A stretch of DNA of 64,000 bases from Marsupella aquatica (lineage: Eukaryota; Plantae; Marchantiophyta): positions 6,472,234-6,536,233 of the forward strand of contig OZ316894.1 in assembly GCA_973895155.1 (NCBI GenBank), given 5' to 3'. The translations under genes and the position numbers were made by a program. A model generated the notes under the pieces. It did no database searches. It saw nothing but the letters and a program-made list of their open reading frames with translations, and was not told the origin of the DNA. The stretch's first letter is position 1. Every line of letters begins with the position of its first letter. Positions 11,167 to 23,620 of the stretch are shown here, piece by piece.

Positions 11167-14100
11167 ATGCAGCCTGTGAAAGGAAGATTGCAGGGGTTGT
11201 CACATTCTGTGAATCCTTATGAGGAGGCCCGAAATCGGAACATAGAGCATAATGTCAGAATTATGCATGATCTAGGACTGGGGCCAGACTGCAAGCTGAT
11301 GTGTGTGTTGATATGTCTATTGCAAATTTGATTCAGTAGATGGAGTTGTCAGGTTCATGTTCTGTTTTTATATTCCAGATTGGTCTCATACTAGTATGGA
11401 TCCTGTACATAAGTACTAGTGTTACGGTGTTGTAGATTCATTTTGCATGTATGTTTGATCTGCATTGGTGTATGTTGATGATTGCTTTGTTCCTTAGAGG
11501 CCCAACCACACATGTACAACGAGAGAGAGGAGAGCCTGCTTTGGTGAAAGGTACTTCAACTGAAACATTGCCAAAGAGGAGGAGCTCTAGACTATCAGAA
11601 GTTACCAAGGTGAACATGGCAGAGTTTGGTGATGATGGCTATGGTTCTCCTTTTGAGTATGACACTGAGGATTCTGACATTGGAGGGTCAGAACCAGAGA
11701 GTGCACAACAGGTAATGCTTGAACTTCATCATCCTAATAGGAAGGGATCCTTGTCCCTTTTTCAAATTATATGTTGATATGCTTACGTTGTCCATGATGT
11801 AGGTACAGAAACAAAATCGTGGTCCTAAGAAGACTGGGCCTGGTGGAGGTGGGCTGGTGAGATGTTGGAAAGACCCAAACACTGGACTCTTATATGAAAG
11901 TGAGTGGATTGTACTATTCTACTTTTCAGGTGTGTTTGGAAGTTGATATTCTACTTGGAAATGAAATTAATTGAAGTGCTTTGGTGTTGTGTGTTTGTTT
12001 AGTGGTTCCATCAGCATCTGAAGGCAGATCAGGTCAATCTGATGTACTACATTCCAGAGGATCTTCAGGTAATACACAATCTGCTCGTCTGCATATGCAA
12101 GTACATTTGCTCAACTTTTCAATCATGTACATATTTTTTGATTGAATGCATGTGTGTGCATTGCAGGAGGGGCCTCTAAGATGCGCAGGGAACGAAGGCA
12201 TGCTAAGAAGCAGTTTGATAATACTGCCAAACAACGAAGGGATTGCGGAGAGGTGCCCAAACACATTAAAGTGAGTATTGTACTTGTTTTGAATGTAGAT
12301 TTAGACAAATCTGATCCTCTCTGTTGTTGTGTGTATAAATTCCAGAGTTATGATCTGACATTGTCTGTGAAATGCAGATTTATGACAATGATTTTGATGA
12401 TTCCGATGGCAACAAACAATACTGGCTGGAGGAACTTCGTGGCAACGTACTCAGAGTCTTTGATGTATCAAAGCCAAAATGGACTGATCATCCACAAGTT
12501 CATACAACCACAGTGTGGAATAACATGGCAGCTGAGTGGGAGTATGTGGGTGGGGAATTTATTAACACCAAATTCCAGAGTCATTGTCATGGCATATTGA
12601 AGAGAGAGCGCCATAAAATGCATGTTTATTGGAAGAAAGTTTGCAATGAGGATCCAACCAAACCTGGGCCATCTGGTGTTGATCCAAAGAAATGGGCAGC
12701 TTTGGTATCTCATTTTACCAGTCCAGCATTGATATCTTTGAGTAAACAGATGACTGATAAAAGAGCACGAGTGCAAGATACCTCTCACTTTGGAAGGGGA
12801 GGGCATGCTGCAACAGCAAAGAGAATGGTAAATTGTCTATCATTTTCACTATCAATTCTGTCTTGTTTGTGAATCTTGATGAAAATAGACTCTGTGATTT
12901 CTCATTCATTGTGTGTTTGAACAGAAGCAGAAGAGAGGATCAAGCCCAGGTATATCTGACCTGAAAGAAAACCATGGTAGTCAGGGTTCATTGCCAAAGG
13001 TGACAATGAGCCCATCATTGGCAAGTGCAGAAGGTCAGACTGGTAGTTTTGTGGGAGCAAAGGTGAGCCCATCATTGGCAAGTGGGGAGGGTAAAAGTGC
13101 TAGCTTACTGGGGCGAGGAAACAGACATGGATCAGCTGTGAGTATTGTCATACCAATTTGATTTGTACATCATTCTCCATTTGACAGAGCTAGTGTTGTG
13201 TCGTTTGTAAGTTTGACAGTGAGACTGTTGTGTTGGTTTGTGGTTCATTTACAGACCCCACATTCAAAAGAAGAGATCACTGCCATTGGGGCTGTGAAAT
13301 TGGATGTCGCTGAGTTGAAAGGCACTGTGAGGGAGTTGACAAACATGATGACTACGTGGATGGCACATCACCCCAGTAATGCACAAGTTCCAACAGTTGT
13401 GCCTAGTCACAGTAAGTTGACTACAACTACCAAACAAGGTAGTAGAAAGCGATCTCTTACTTTTTCAGGCGATAATGAAGGTAAAATTCTCTATCATGTA
13501 TACACTGTCCATTCAATGTAATTATTGTGATGTGTATATGTCATTGCATGTTTATAATGTTCTTGCATGTTTTTAGTGTGATTATATGTTGCTGGTGTAT
13601 ACATGTTTGTTTATGCATTTCTTTTGTGTGTGTTTTATGACAGCATCTTTAGGGGAGCCTCCTGTGTCGCAGGGAAGACCAACTGACACAGCTAACAGTA
13701 CTCTAAAGCAAACTGAATTGGAAGTGAACCTTTTGCCATCTAAGTTGCCCAAAGAAGCCATTTCAGATGCCTTTCAGTTGCCAGAGGATAAGTCGACTCA
13801 GTTGACACCAGATGTAACCCCAGAATCATCTGAGTTGCCAAAAGAAACTCCCATTCCAAGTGAGCAGGATGACACTCCATCAACTAGAAAGGGAAAGAAG
13901 AAAAGGAAGAAAGGATCCTCAGCAAATGCATCACCTGCATAGAAGAAACCAATGCAGTCTCCTAACCCCGTTGCAAAGGTAAATGTGTGTTTGATTTGAG
14001 TGTTCTTCTATCTTTCAATTTCTGTTTATTGCATTTTTAACAAAATGTGTTGTTCACAGTTTGCAAGAGGAGATTTGGTGAAGATGAAGAGCGTTGTGGA

Positions 14101-14320
14101 CAATTCCATGATAGTGGCAGAAGGTGAGGTGACAGGGCTGCCAGGAGAAGATAAGTTTCATTGTGCAGATTTTGAAAGCCCTTTCTTGCGAGTGCGTGTG
14201 ATTGAAGTGTTTGTAGATGTGGCATTGCCATTTGCCAATTCAGGGGAGAACCAGTCTAAATTATCTGATGTGAAAGGGATGAATGCCCTATGGAACTCTA
14301 GATTGCTTAAGAAGCAATAG
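11167..14320 (+). pseudogene. CACTA TnpA-like (Ptta/En/Spm, TNP1-type) multi-exon gene with one premature stop
   Basis: Exon 1 from ATG 11167 encodes NPYEEARNRNIEHNVRIMHDLGL and splices in frame to 11498. The central exon has KKWAALVSHF...KRARVQDTSHFGRGG (Transposase_24-like). The last exon 14061-14320 (IVAEGEV...LPF...ALW) resembles the TNP1 C-terminal domain. An in-frame TAG lies at 13940-13942, before the donor at 13979. Confidence 0.75.
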
Positions 14321-14679
14321 AAATAGCACTCTATCAAGAAACAATAGACATGATAGAATGACAACTCTGTTTTTCTATAAACATGTAGAGTGATTGGTAT
14401 GTCAGGTTGTAACAATTGACAATCTACTATTATTGATGTCAATGTAATTTTGTTTCATAAATTTGCATTGAGTTCAATATTTACCGTGAGACTTATGAAG
14501 GTATCTTGTATGAATATCAATTGGATTTGTGATATATATCGAATGTTTCTAAGTTAAGTTTTCATTCAGCAAATCTATTGAATGGCTTTGTAATGTATGA
14601 TTTTTGATTGACATGAAGTTTTATCTATCATGATCACTTAAATTTGAATTTCTCCAAATCATTGAATATTTCGTCTGAA

Positions 14680-15398
14680 TGACTGGCTAGAATGACTGGC
14701 TAGAATGACTGATGTAATGGTCATTATTCACAAATATCTTTGTGACCAATATGACTCAACTCTGGTCATTAAAGACATAGACTAAATGATTCAAAGAATG
14801 ACATATACAATGACCTTTCTCATGGTCATTATAAACAAGTCCACTATGACTCACTTTATGTCATTCAAGACATGTCATTAATGACTAATGTGTATCTTTA
14901 CGCGTCTTCTCCCAATTGAACCACGTGTCTCAATATGACTTGTTTATACTGTAGTCATTTTGGACACGTCCAAAATGACCCAAATATATTGCCAAATGGT
15001 GAATCCTCTTTGAACCACGTGTCACTATTTGATTTGTTATATAATGTACGTCATTTTGGACAAGTCCAAAATGACCAATGTTATTTGTTTTTTATTGCCA
15101 CGTGTCGTTGTGTGATTGGGTACGGGGACCATCGACGGTCAACGGTAATTGACCGTCGATGGTGATTTGTGTTGTCATTTTGGACCGTTCAACATTTATG
15201 ACCATATCATAAAAACGGTCATTTAGGATAGTATGAAATGACCACATGTTTTTAGCGTCATTTGTCCAAAAGGACCGTGACCAAAATGTCCGTTGTGACG
15301 CGTCTGGAAAGACGAGAACGATTGCGTCATTGTTTTGTTAAAAAGACCTGATTAATAGTCATTGTTTCGGTCATAAAATACATTGTTTTCTACTAGTG
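14680..15398. repeat. CACTA 3' subterminal repeats and right TIR
   Basis: Many direct and inverted AATGAC/GTCATT motifs, a perfect 15-bp-stem hairpin at 15128-15163, and terminal TACTAGTG at 15391-15398 followed by AGT (the expected 3-bp TSD). Confidence 0.85.
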
Positions 15399-15859
15399 AG
15401 TACTGCACTCTAGGCCCATGGGCCATACCCGGGGCCATACCGAGTCACTATTTGCAACACAAGTTCTGCCTATCGCTCAAGTAGCTCCATAACAATGAGC
15501 CTAAGTTCAATCCTCCTATCCAAGCAACACTACTTTGGATAGAGTGTGCAACATTCAGACTAACCTAACCAGTGTGTGACTACGGTTAGCCCTAGGTAAC
15601 TATAGTTACATTTGTAACACCTAAGAGTAAATGCCTAACATCATTAAGCTTGTAACTTCATCTCCATTTGGTTTTCATCACATTATAAGTGAACTTTCAC
15701 TGACTTTGCACTGTTCACTGCCACAATACTGTCCATAAACATTCATCATGAGTTGACAGTGTTCATAAACATTCCTGGTGTCTCTATCCCCTGTCATACT
15801 GAGATACTGCTACTTGTGTTTGTGTAGGATTATCATGTTTTCCCTCAGCTTATTCATCC

Positions 15860-16323
15860 CAACCCCGGTTTAACCTGACGGGCAAGTTGTCGGCTTGCCG
15901 GGCATGTAAAACTGTCAAATGACGGCCCCAAAATGGCCAATTTGACGTATATTCCCTGTTATTCTCCCGAACTCCCCCGGTTCCCGACCCGGCCTCCCGC
16001 GTCCTCCCGAACCCCTCCCGGACCTCTCCCAAACCCTTCCCCGGCCTCTCGGATCCTCCCGAACCTGGCCCGGACCCGGCCTCCCAAACCCCTCCCCGGC
16101 CTCCCATATCCTCCCAAACCCGGCCCAGACCCGGCCTCCCGAACCCCTCCCCGGCCTCCCGGATCCTCCCGAACCCGGCCTCCTGAACCCCTTGCTGGCC
16201 TCCTGGGTCCCCCCTCATACCCGGACCGACCCCGATTCTGGGAGACCGGGTTTCAGGTTTTCGGTTTGACGCCCCAAAAAGCCCAGTTTGATGGGCAAGG
16301 TCAAACTGGGATCCCAACACTAG
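15860..16323. repeat. GC-skewed low-complexity repeat (CCCGAACCC/CCGGCCTCC motifs), probably a non-autonomous DNA-transposon remnant
   Basis: The plus strand is C-rich and built from short motifs. It ends in the hairpin CCCAGTTTGA-N9-TCAAACTGGG followed by ATCCCAACACTAG. The Pro/Gly-rich ORFs here are by-products of the repeat. Confidence 0.55.
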
Positions 16324-17352
16324 ACTTGTACGTTATCTCATAATTGCAACTTTTACTCTATTGGAAAAAGTATCTACATTTACCCTTAACAGTTCACGCA
16401 CCCATATGTACAACACCCTTAGAGACCTCATTGTACTGACTTAAAGTGGAAAATGGTCTGGGAGAAACGGGAAGAAGGGTCCGCCTTGCATAAAACACTA
16501 TTGCAAGTCGTGGCTGGTTTCTTGTTCACCTTGGACATACTGCAAATTGTGGGCTCTGGAATTTCTCTGCATCTTCAAGTACCATGGTGGAAAAAGTGCC
16601 TGGTGACAGCTTTATGTTTGACTGAACAAATTGAAGTGAGTTGTGGTGAGACCTCCAAATTAAAAGATGTGTCTCAAGGTAGGGTAGTCCAACATGTTAT
16701 GACCATATTCCTGGCAATATACAATAAACATATGAAATCAAGAAGATAGAGATTATAGCATGAGCAAAGGTGATTGAAGGAGTCCACTCAGTAGCCAAGG
16801 AAGGGAGACAAAGGAACATTCATGAGGAAGATTGTGACAAAAAGGGGCTTTGGTGAAAGCTAGGCCTGGTGTGAGATACATCATTCCCATAAAATCAGAT
16901 GCTTTACTTCACACTTCCTAATGTCTCATTGCAGCATCTCCTGATCACTTTGATGTGAGTGTGGAAACCTTATACAGTCAGGGTGGCTCTGCAATATGTT
17001 GCACTTGTGACTTATTTTTACCTATGCAATCTGAGGGACATTTCTTATTCTAGATAGCCTCCAGACCCAGAATATTTTGGAATGAAATTCAAGTAAATGT
17101 AGATCACTTGAGGTTCTCACTTGAGTGAAGGAGCCAACATTTGGAAATGTTTTGGATGTTCTAAGATTGTAAACAAAATAAGCACTCCATGTATATCAAC
17201 ATTAACTGGGCCCAGTACTTGCGATGTAAGATCCTTAAATACCACACCTAATTGACCCAGTGTTCTTATCAAATCAATTGGAGCCTTTCACACTCATTAT
17301 ATTATCCAAATTTAATCTCAAATTGAATAAAAGAGTACTAATAGGCCCAGGC

Positions 17353-17619
17353 CAGTGTTTCTTTTAGTGGAAAATTTTGCCAAATTCCACCTCCCCAAAA
17401 CGTTTTTGCCCACTTTTGGCAAAAATTTGTTAGTATTTTTCTGTCTCATTAACCAGTGTCCCACCTAATCACAAAGCCCCATTAGCCAGAATCTAATGAT
17501 CACCCTTAAATCTAGGGAGATCTGATGGCCAAGAAAGTAATCAAATAAGAAAATATTTTGAGCATCTCCTCCTTCACACACTGAACATTCGCCACTCTAG
17601 CGAAAAAAACAAAACACTT
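17353..17619. mobile_element. MITE-like element (~265 bp) related to the repeats at 32892-33450
   Basis: Ends CAGTGTTTCTTTTAGTGG...AAAACAAAACACTT form an imperfect inverted repeat. The internal CCTTAAATCTAGGGAGATCTG is the exact reverse complement of CAGATCTCCCTAGATTTAAGG at ~32960. Confidence 0.55.
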
Positions 17620-17721
17620 AAAAAATAGGCTGGCACAGGCCTTGGAAAGCCACACTAAGCCAAGGTTTGCATTTATGGATTGTGCACTTATACAGCAGCG
17701 ACTGTAATCCTAATGGACATT

Positions 17722-17814
17722 ATTCGCGCGTATCATTAGCGTGCGAGTGATAACTCTGATCTGATGACCGTTTAACGAACAGTGACGGACTTGACGGCCG
17801 AGCTTGGCGGGAAT
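17722..17814. promoter_or_regulatory. E2F-type sites in the probable CDT1 promoter
   Basis: ATTCGCGCG at ~17722 and TTGGCGGGAAT at 17804-17814 match the WTTSSCSS consensus and precede a CT-rich, TSS-like region. A further GGCGGGAAA lies at 19025-19033. CDT1 is a known E2F target. Confidence 0.6.
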
Positions 17815-17974
17815 CGCAGCGATAGGTGCATTGTGGCGCGAGAGGCGTACTGCTCTGCCTCTCTCGTTGTACAGTAATGTTGCTGCACGAGTGTCACCTC
17901 CGGTTCTGAGCTCTCTTCTCTTCTCCTCTCTGCTCTCTCACAGCCTCACTCTTTGGGTGCGCTCGCTTGAATCA

Positions 17975-18312
17975 GCTATTCGTTTGGAACTGCAATAGTT
18001 GGTTCCGGCGTTTTGGGTGCCCTCGTTTGATACATGTATCCGTTTGCAACTGCAGTAGTTGGTTCAAGCATTTCGGGTGCTCTCGTTTGATACATGTATT
18101 CGTTTGCAACTGCAGTAGTTGGTTCAAGCATTTTGGGTGCTCTCGTTTGATACATGTATTCGTTTGCAACTGCAATCGTTGGTGAAAGCATTTTGGGTTC
18201 TCTCGTTTGATACAATTCGTTTGCAACTGCAATCGTTGGTGAAAGCATTTTGGGTGCTCTCGTTTGATACATGGATTCGTTTGCAAACTGCAATACTAGT
18301 TGGGTCAAGCAT
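17975..18312. repeat. 60-bp minisatellite, ~5.5 copies
   Basis: The unit ATTCGTTTGCAACTGCAGTAGTTGGTTCAAGCATTTTGGGTGCTCTCGTTTGATACATGT repeats in phase with the 60-nt lines; one copy is 58 bp. Confidence 0.95.
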
Positions 18313-19090
18313 TCTGTGGAAGCTCAGCATATTGTCTGAGCTCAGCTTGTAAGACTCTGCCTCGTTCGTTCAAGTCGTTCGCAACCAGGTCGAACCATTT
18401 TCTCAAGCTGGAGCAAAGAAATGTCAGCTCGATCTACTCACTGCTGTGTCGGTTTTTTTTATGCTTCTACCAATGTTGTAACCGAGACACGTCGTAGGTT
18501 GAAGCATTTTGTCGAAACTCAGCAGAGAAAGATTAGCTTTTCAAAGAATCTCTATGCGCACGAGCTCTTCGGGCATTCAGTGATCTTTGAATTTGGCCTA
18601 TCAAATTTCTGCAGCGATGGCTCCTGCAGTTGAGATCATTGTCTCTGCTGCAATCGGGACTCCCGGTTATAATCGTCTAACAAGAAACTGACATAAATTA
18701 AGAATCCTGCCCGGGGTCTTCCCCTGTCCGGTGCCATTTTTCTTTTTGGACAAGGGCCCTGCGGACGGACGGATGGCTGACATGTTTGTTCGGGAGAGCC
18801 CTTACTTCGCTCGGGAATGTTCATGCCTGAATAGCACATTTGGGTTGCACTTATCCGATTAATGTGGGTCTCACCTTTCTGATCACCGCCGACTTCGACT
18901 TCGTGCTACGAATCGCACAGCATTGTGATTGGAGGTCTCTTTGTAACGTAAGGCTCTGTATGTCTTTTCTCGACCTGTGGAACGAGGGGATGGTTGGAAA
19001 TGCTAGGACGGAAATGCGTTGGAGGGCGGGAAATGACTAACTAGCCTGGTCGTGAGCCGCATTGTGCTTGAGGCTGCCGTCAGTTGAAGA

Positions 19091-22000
19091 ATGACGGCGC
19101 AAGAGAACGAGGTCGTGGCTGTCGGAGCTGGAGCAGAAACAGAAGCAGCCACCAAGCGCAATGCCGGGAATGGAAAATCAGCTCAACAACTCCTTAGCTT
19201 CCGAAGTAGGAAGCTGCTTAAGAGTAATGTGTCGAAGGGAAGTGCTGCGAATAACGTCGGCAAGCGAGCAGCAGCAGCAGTAGTACTCTCTTCGACGACT
19301 GAGTTGAGCCAACTTGAGCGGAGTGGAACCCATTCCAAAGAACTTCAAGCCGAGTCAGCCTCAGCGAAGGCTCGCCGACCATTGTGGGATCCGAGGAGGA
19401 TTGAGAATGATTCAGCGAAAGCTCTAACTGGATCAAGTTGCCAGCAGTCTACGAAAGTGGAACGAAATTTGCCCATCAAGGATGAGCAAGTGGTCGAGGA
19501 CTCATTGCAGAGCGACGATGGAGTGGCGGTGGCACCATCGAAACAGCAGCTGAAGGCACCGAAGTAAATGTTTCTCTTTTTCATCTTTGGGAGCGTTTCA
19601 ATAATATTGAATTGTGGTGCTGGTTTTAATAGCGAGCAGGCTTTTTAAAGTCTTCTTATCCATTCCAACCGTTCCTGCAGATTCAAGCTTCTGGAGACAT
19701 TTTATGAAAGCCTGGAGGCGGCTTGTTGTCTACTCCGGATTCGGCGCCAAATGTGCACTTTCAGAGCAGTGTGCAAGATCGTCGAGTCAATGAGCAAAAG
19801 GTAACAATGTCACCGTTTGCTTGGTTTTGCCCAATTCGATCTTGGTCATAATTCATAAGATTGGCAGGGACGTTCTGTCTGACTATGCCCATATTTAAAT
19901 TCGTAGATCTGTGCATTTGTGAGCATTCTTGGGTTCAAATTGGCCAGTATTTGCTAACTAGACTAGGAACTGGCTCCTCCTTGTCTAGCTTCTGCATCGT
20001 AGACGTGGTGTGAACTCGGCTTTAAGCTTAGGACTGCGTCGGCATCCATTTTCCATTGATGTCCTTCTAACTGATTCCCTCCCGCTTCCATGTTTGCCCT
20101 TCATCTCCTCGCCGCCAGACGTTTCCTTCTGAAGCATGTGGCTCAAATCAAGCACATTTTCTCCGAAGTAGTGCACTTGGAGTATGTGCGTTGTCAAGAT
20201 CCAGACAGCTGGGGAGAAAGATGGGATCTGCGCATCACCCTTTCACCACTTTCTTCAGATTGTGCTCATACCAGTAGCCCCTTGAAAGGGTCAGCCGGAC
20301 AGACTGCACAAACCATCAGGCGGAGGAAAGAGTTTCATGCTCGGCTTTTGAATTTCGAGAGCTCCAATCCTGAGGTTAGTTAACTCCAACACAGTCAAAA
20401 CGAGGACTCGGTTAGCGTTGTTTGCCATGACATACGTGGGGCCCTTCGATTAGATATCATACTTATTATACTCTCCCTAGATGGGAGCAAACGCCATTTC
20501 GTTATCTGGCTTGCTGGATGCGGCGGGCTCTTTCTTGAGTTTTGAGATTTCTTGTACCGTCTTTCCTATCGATTTTTTTTTAAGAGAATTAAAAATCACT
20601 GGCTCGGTGAAATATTGTCACGACAGGAAATGCCTGCCGTAGTATTGCATGCCCTGTCTGTTCCGATTTCTTCTACATACAAATTTAAGTCCCAGTTAGT
20701 GGGCTGAAGTATCCAACATGCTCAAAACTGCAACTGGAAGTGATCTTCAATACAATGTGACTTGGTGAATCTTCGATCACATATTTCGAATTGTTTGAAA
20801 ATTGAAGGTCTCCGTTTTTGGTGTTGCAGGATGCTGACATTCCCTTGGAACCACTTCCGCGACGACCCAACTCTTCGACTTCTTCTTCACTGGTAGCCTC
20901 ACCTCCAAGAGATCGGACGTCGGAATCAAATCTTAGTGTTCAGGGTGATATCCCGGAATCCTCCGCACAACTCCCTGCTGCTGAGCCTCTTTCCCAGATT
21001 CCGACGGGAGAATTTGAGTTCTCGATAGTGAAGCCTTCTCATGGCCGTGATGCTGTTGAGTTGGCTGGAACGTCGCATTTTTTCCCTTCTTTCAGACCTT
21101 TCTACTCAGGCATTCAGACAGCTCAGATTGTTGATGGCGTCGCTGTGAGGCGTTCGGAAGTTGAAAAGAGTTCTGGATCTGTGCCACTTAATTCTCACTT
21201 TCCGGCCTCATTTAGGCCCTCGTTTTCAGCCAGGCCAGCATCTGAGGCTGTCGACGGCCTCTCGAAGACACCGACACCTGAGGAAAGCCTCGTTGCATCC
21301 TGTTGCGAAGACAAGCGCCACGAGAGTCGTGTTGAATCTCAATTCGATTCCAGCGGTGGAGTTCTTCCTTCGAGCTCCGTTTCTGGCAATCCCTCTGGTC
21401 CCCTTCCACCTTCCACACCAGTTCTGATGGTCAATCCTAATAAGCTGCCATCTGCTTCTGCCAAATCTTCTAGCCCATTTCCACCATCTTCGTCAGTGCC
21501 GATTTTCAATTCGAAGGAACTGCCATCTCCTTCTGCCAAATCTTTACATCCCTCTCTACCTTCCACGCCAATTCCCAATGCCAAGTCTAAGGCACCACCA
21601 TCTGGCAGCACTGACAAGAGCTGCGCCGAATTGCAGCTTGGTGATGTTCCTGTTACCCCTGTTCCGATTCACACGCCTCCATTCCAAAGTCCAATGGACA
21701 AAATTGTCTCCTCAAATCAAGAGTCTTCCAACAAGAGCCCCTGTGAGATTCCTCTAACGAATTCGTTAAGGCACCCAGTGCCCCCCAAAAGTCACGGAAT
21801 TATGAGATCCCTCAGGTTTGCGAGTCCGGTAAGAGGTTCTCCTCCAGTGAAGGCTGACGACTCTGATAACTCTAGAAGGACTAATTCACTAAACCTGGAA
21901 AGTTGCTCTGTAGACACTCCATCGTCAGATGGCAGCCGTTTGAAGTCTGTCCACACATCTGTATCTACTCCATCTAGCAGTGCCCATATTCCACCAGGAG

Positions 22001-23620
22001 CTCCCGAAACACCGAGCCTTCTAACCCCACTTAGGTCAGCTCATACCAAAGAAATCTGGTACTCCCCTCCCAAAAGGACGAAGTTGAACCAACGGTCTCT
22101 CTTCACAAATGACAAAAATGAAAGGCATCCGGAACCATGCATTTCAGGCTCGAGCATTGCGGGTGCAAGAGAATCATGTCCAGAATCAGAAGCTGTGAAT
22201 GGCGGACTTACAGGTGAACACAATTTTACTGAGGGCCCGCAGGAAGAAGGTTCGATTCCATTAATGCTCCATCCCACAGCAAAGGGAGGCATCACCGATT
22301 CCGACCTCGATGTCATGCAGTATCTTCCACATGATATAGTTCAATCGGTGTGTAATTTTTGCCTCGGTATTTGGTTTTCATTCATCACTGTTTCCATTTG
22401 TTTCTTGCACATGGTCGTTGAAGTTGAGAATGCTGTGCTCTTTGAAGATTGCTTTATATATGAAGAAGTTAATAACATTTCTATCGTCTATTGTTTGACT
22501 AGGTTTGGGAGAAGGAGAAGAAGAAAAATGATGATAGCAGCAAGGAATTGGCCAAGCAACAACGGCGACAGCAGATGATGAGTGGCGTTCCAAAACTGTT
22601 TAACCAGCTTCGTCTCATCTATCAGTCATTGAACCGTACTGTCCTGCCCCAACAGGAGCTGATTAAAACTTTGTTGGCCTCCCATCCTGAGATTACAGAC
22701 AAAGGTATAGTGACAACTACTTGTCAATGTGACATGCAAACATCTCATTCTGACCAAGTAGTGGTGAATTCTGATTGACTCATTGGACTATTATTAGGGC
22801 TCACATCGGGGAACTCTCCTCTACCCTCCGAGTTCACTCTCGTGGTTGAAGCGACTATAGTGGCAAATCTGCAAACCAGATAACCAGATTGTAATAGTGG
22901 ATAGGCAGTAAACGATGATGTCCTGTTGTTTGTCTTTTCTTGTGCTTGGAATTTTGGCTGGTGATATATCTCACACAATATCTGTATTTTGCACTGACTC
23001 TTGTACACGGGCTCTTGATATGCAGTGGAGATAGAGGAGCGGCTCAAGCTAGTCATTGAGCTTGCCCCAGATTATATCCACACGAGGCCCTCACACAGTA
23101 GCGAGCTCCTTTACAGGTATTGTGCCCGTTCAGAGTATGCTTTATAGCGCTCCGTTTGGCAGGATTTTCATAGCGAAACCACATCATAAGAAAAGCAAAG
23201 AATCAAATAGTAGAACTTGTGAATGACCAGTGGTTGTCTTGTGTGGAAAGGCGGTGAATCTCCAGTTGAGAGTAGTTAGTCTGGTTGGAAGATTATGATC
23301 ACTTATAAGAGAGATAGTCTTTAATGGAGGCTGAATCACCAGTCTCGGACAAACCGGTTCACCGTGTAGCAATTTAGTGACTACCTCCGTAGATTTTGTT
23401 TCCTACTGTAAAAGGATTGTTTCTAAACATCCTGGGAATCAACGGAGCCAGTGAATTGACTGAGTCCCACCGTTTTTCTGATCTATTTTGGTTTATGAAG
23501 GTACCTTAAGCACGTTCTCAACGTTCTCCTTGTGCTGACAGTTGAGGTCGTCTCTTGTGCAGGATTGATAAGAGAGCGAATGTTTCACAGATCCAGAGAC
23601 GGCTTTCTGGAGGATCTTGA
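19091..23620 (+). CDS. CDT1: DNA replication licensing factor CDT1 (7 exons)
   Basis: Exons 19091-19563, 19681-19800, 20119-20374, 20830-22347, 22503-22704, 23026-23116 and 23563-23620 join in frame at GT-AG sites. The central domain has VCKIVESMSKRRFLLKHVAQIKHIF. The C-terminal domain has RRQQMMSGVPKLFNQLRLIYQS...EIEERLKLVIELAPDYI. A long S/P-rich linker separates them. Confidence 0.85.

Larger units (their letters stand above)
1..15398 (+). mobile_element. CACTA (En/Spm) DNA transposon; left end not seen and probably upstream of the window
   Basis: Contains TnpD (Transposase_21-type) and TnpA-like genes. The right terminus ...CATTGTTTTCTACTAGTG (ending 15398) reads CACTAGTAGAAAACAATG on the minus strand. 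Dense ATGAC/GTCAT subterminal repeats occur at 14680-15375. Placing 1-5900 inside the element is inference from the shared motifs and the absence of a left TIR. Confidence 0.85.

Noticed and set aside
15850-16343. Pro-rich and Gly-rich ORFs on both strands
   Set aside because: They are by-products of a GC-rich low-complexity repeat.
17967-18352. Repetitive Cys-containing ORFs
   Set aside because: They result from a 60-bp (in-frame) minisatellite and show no coding signature.
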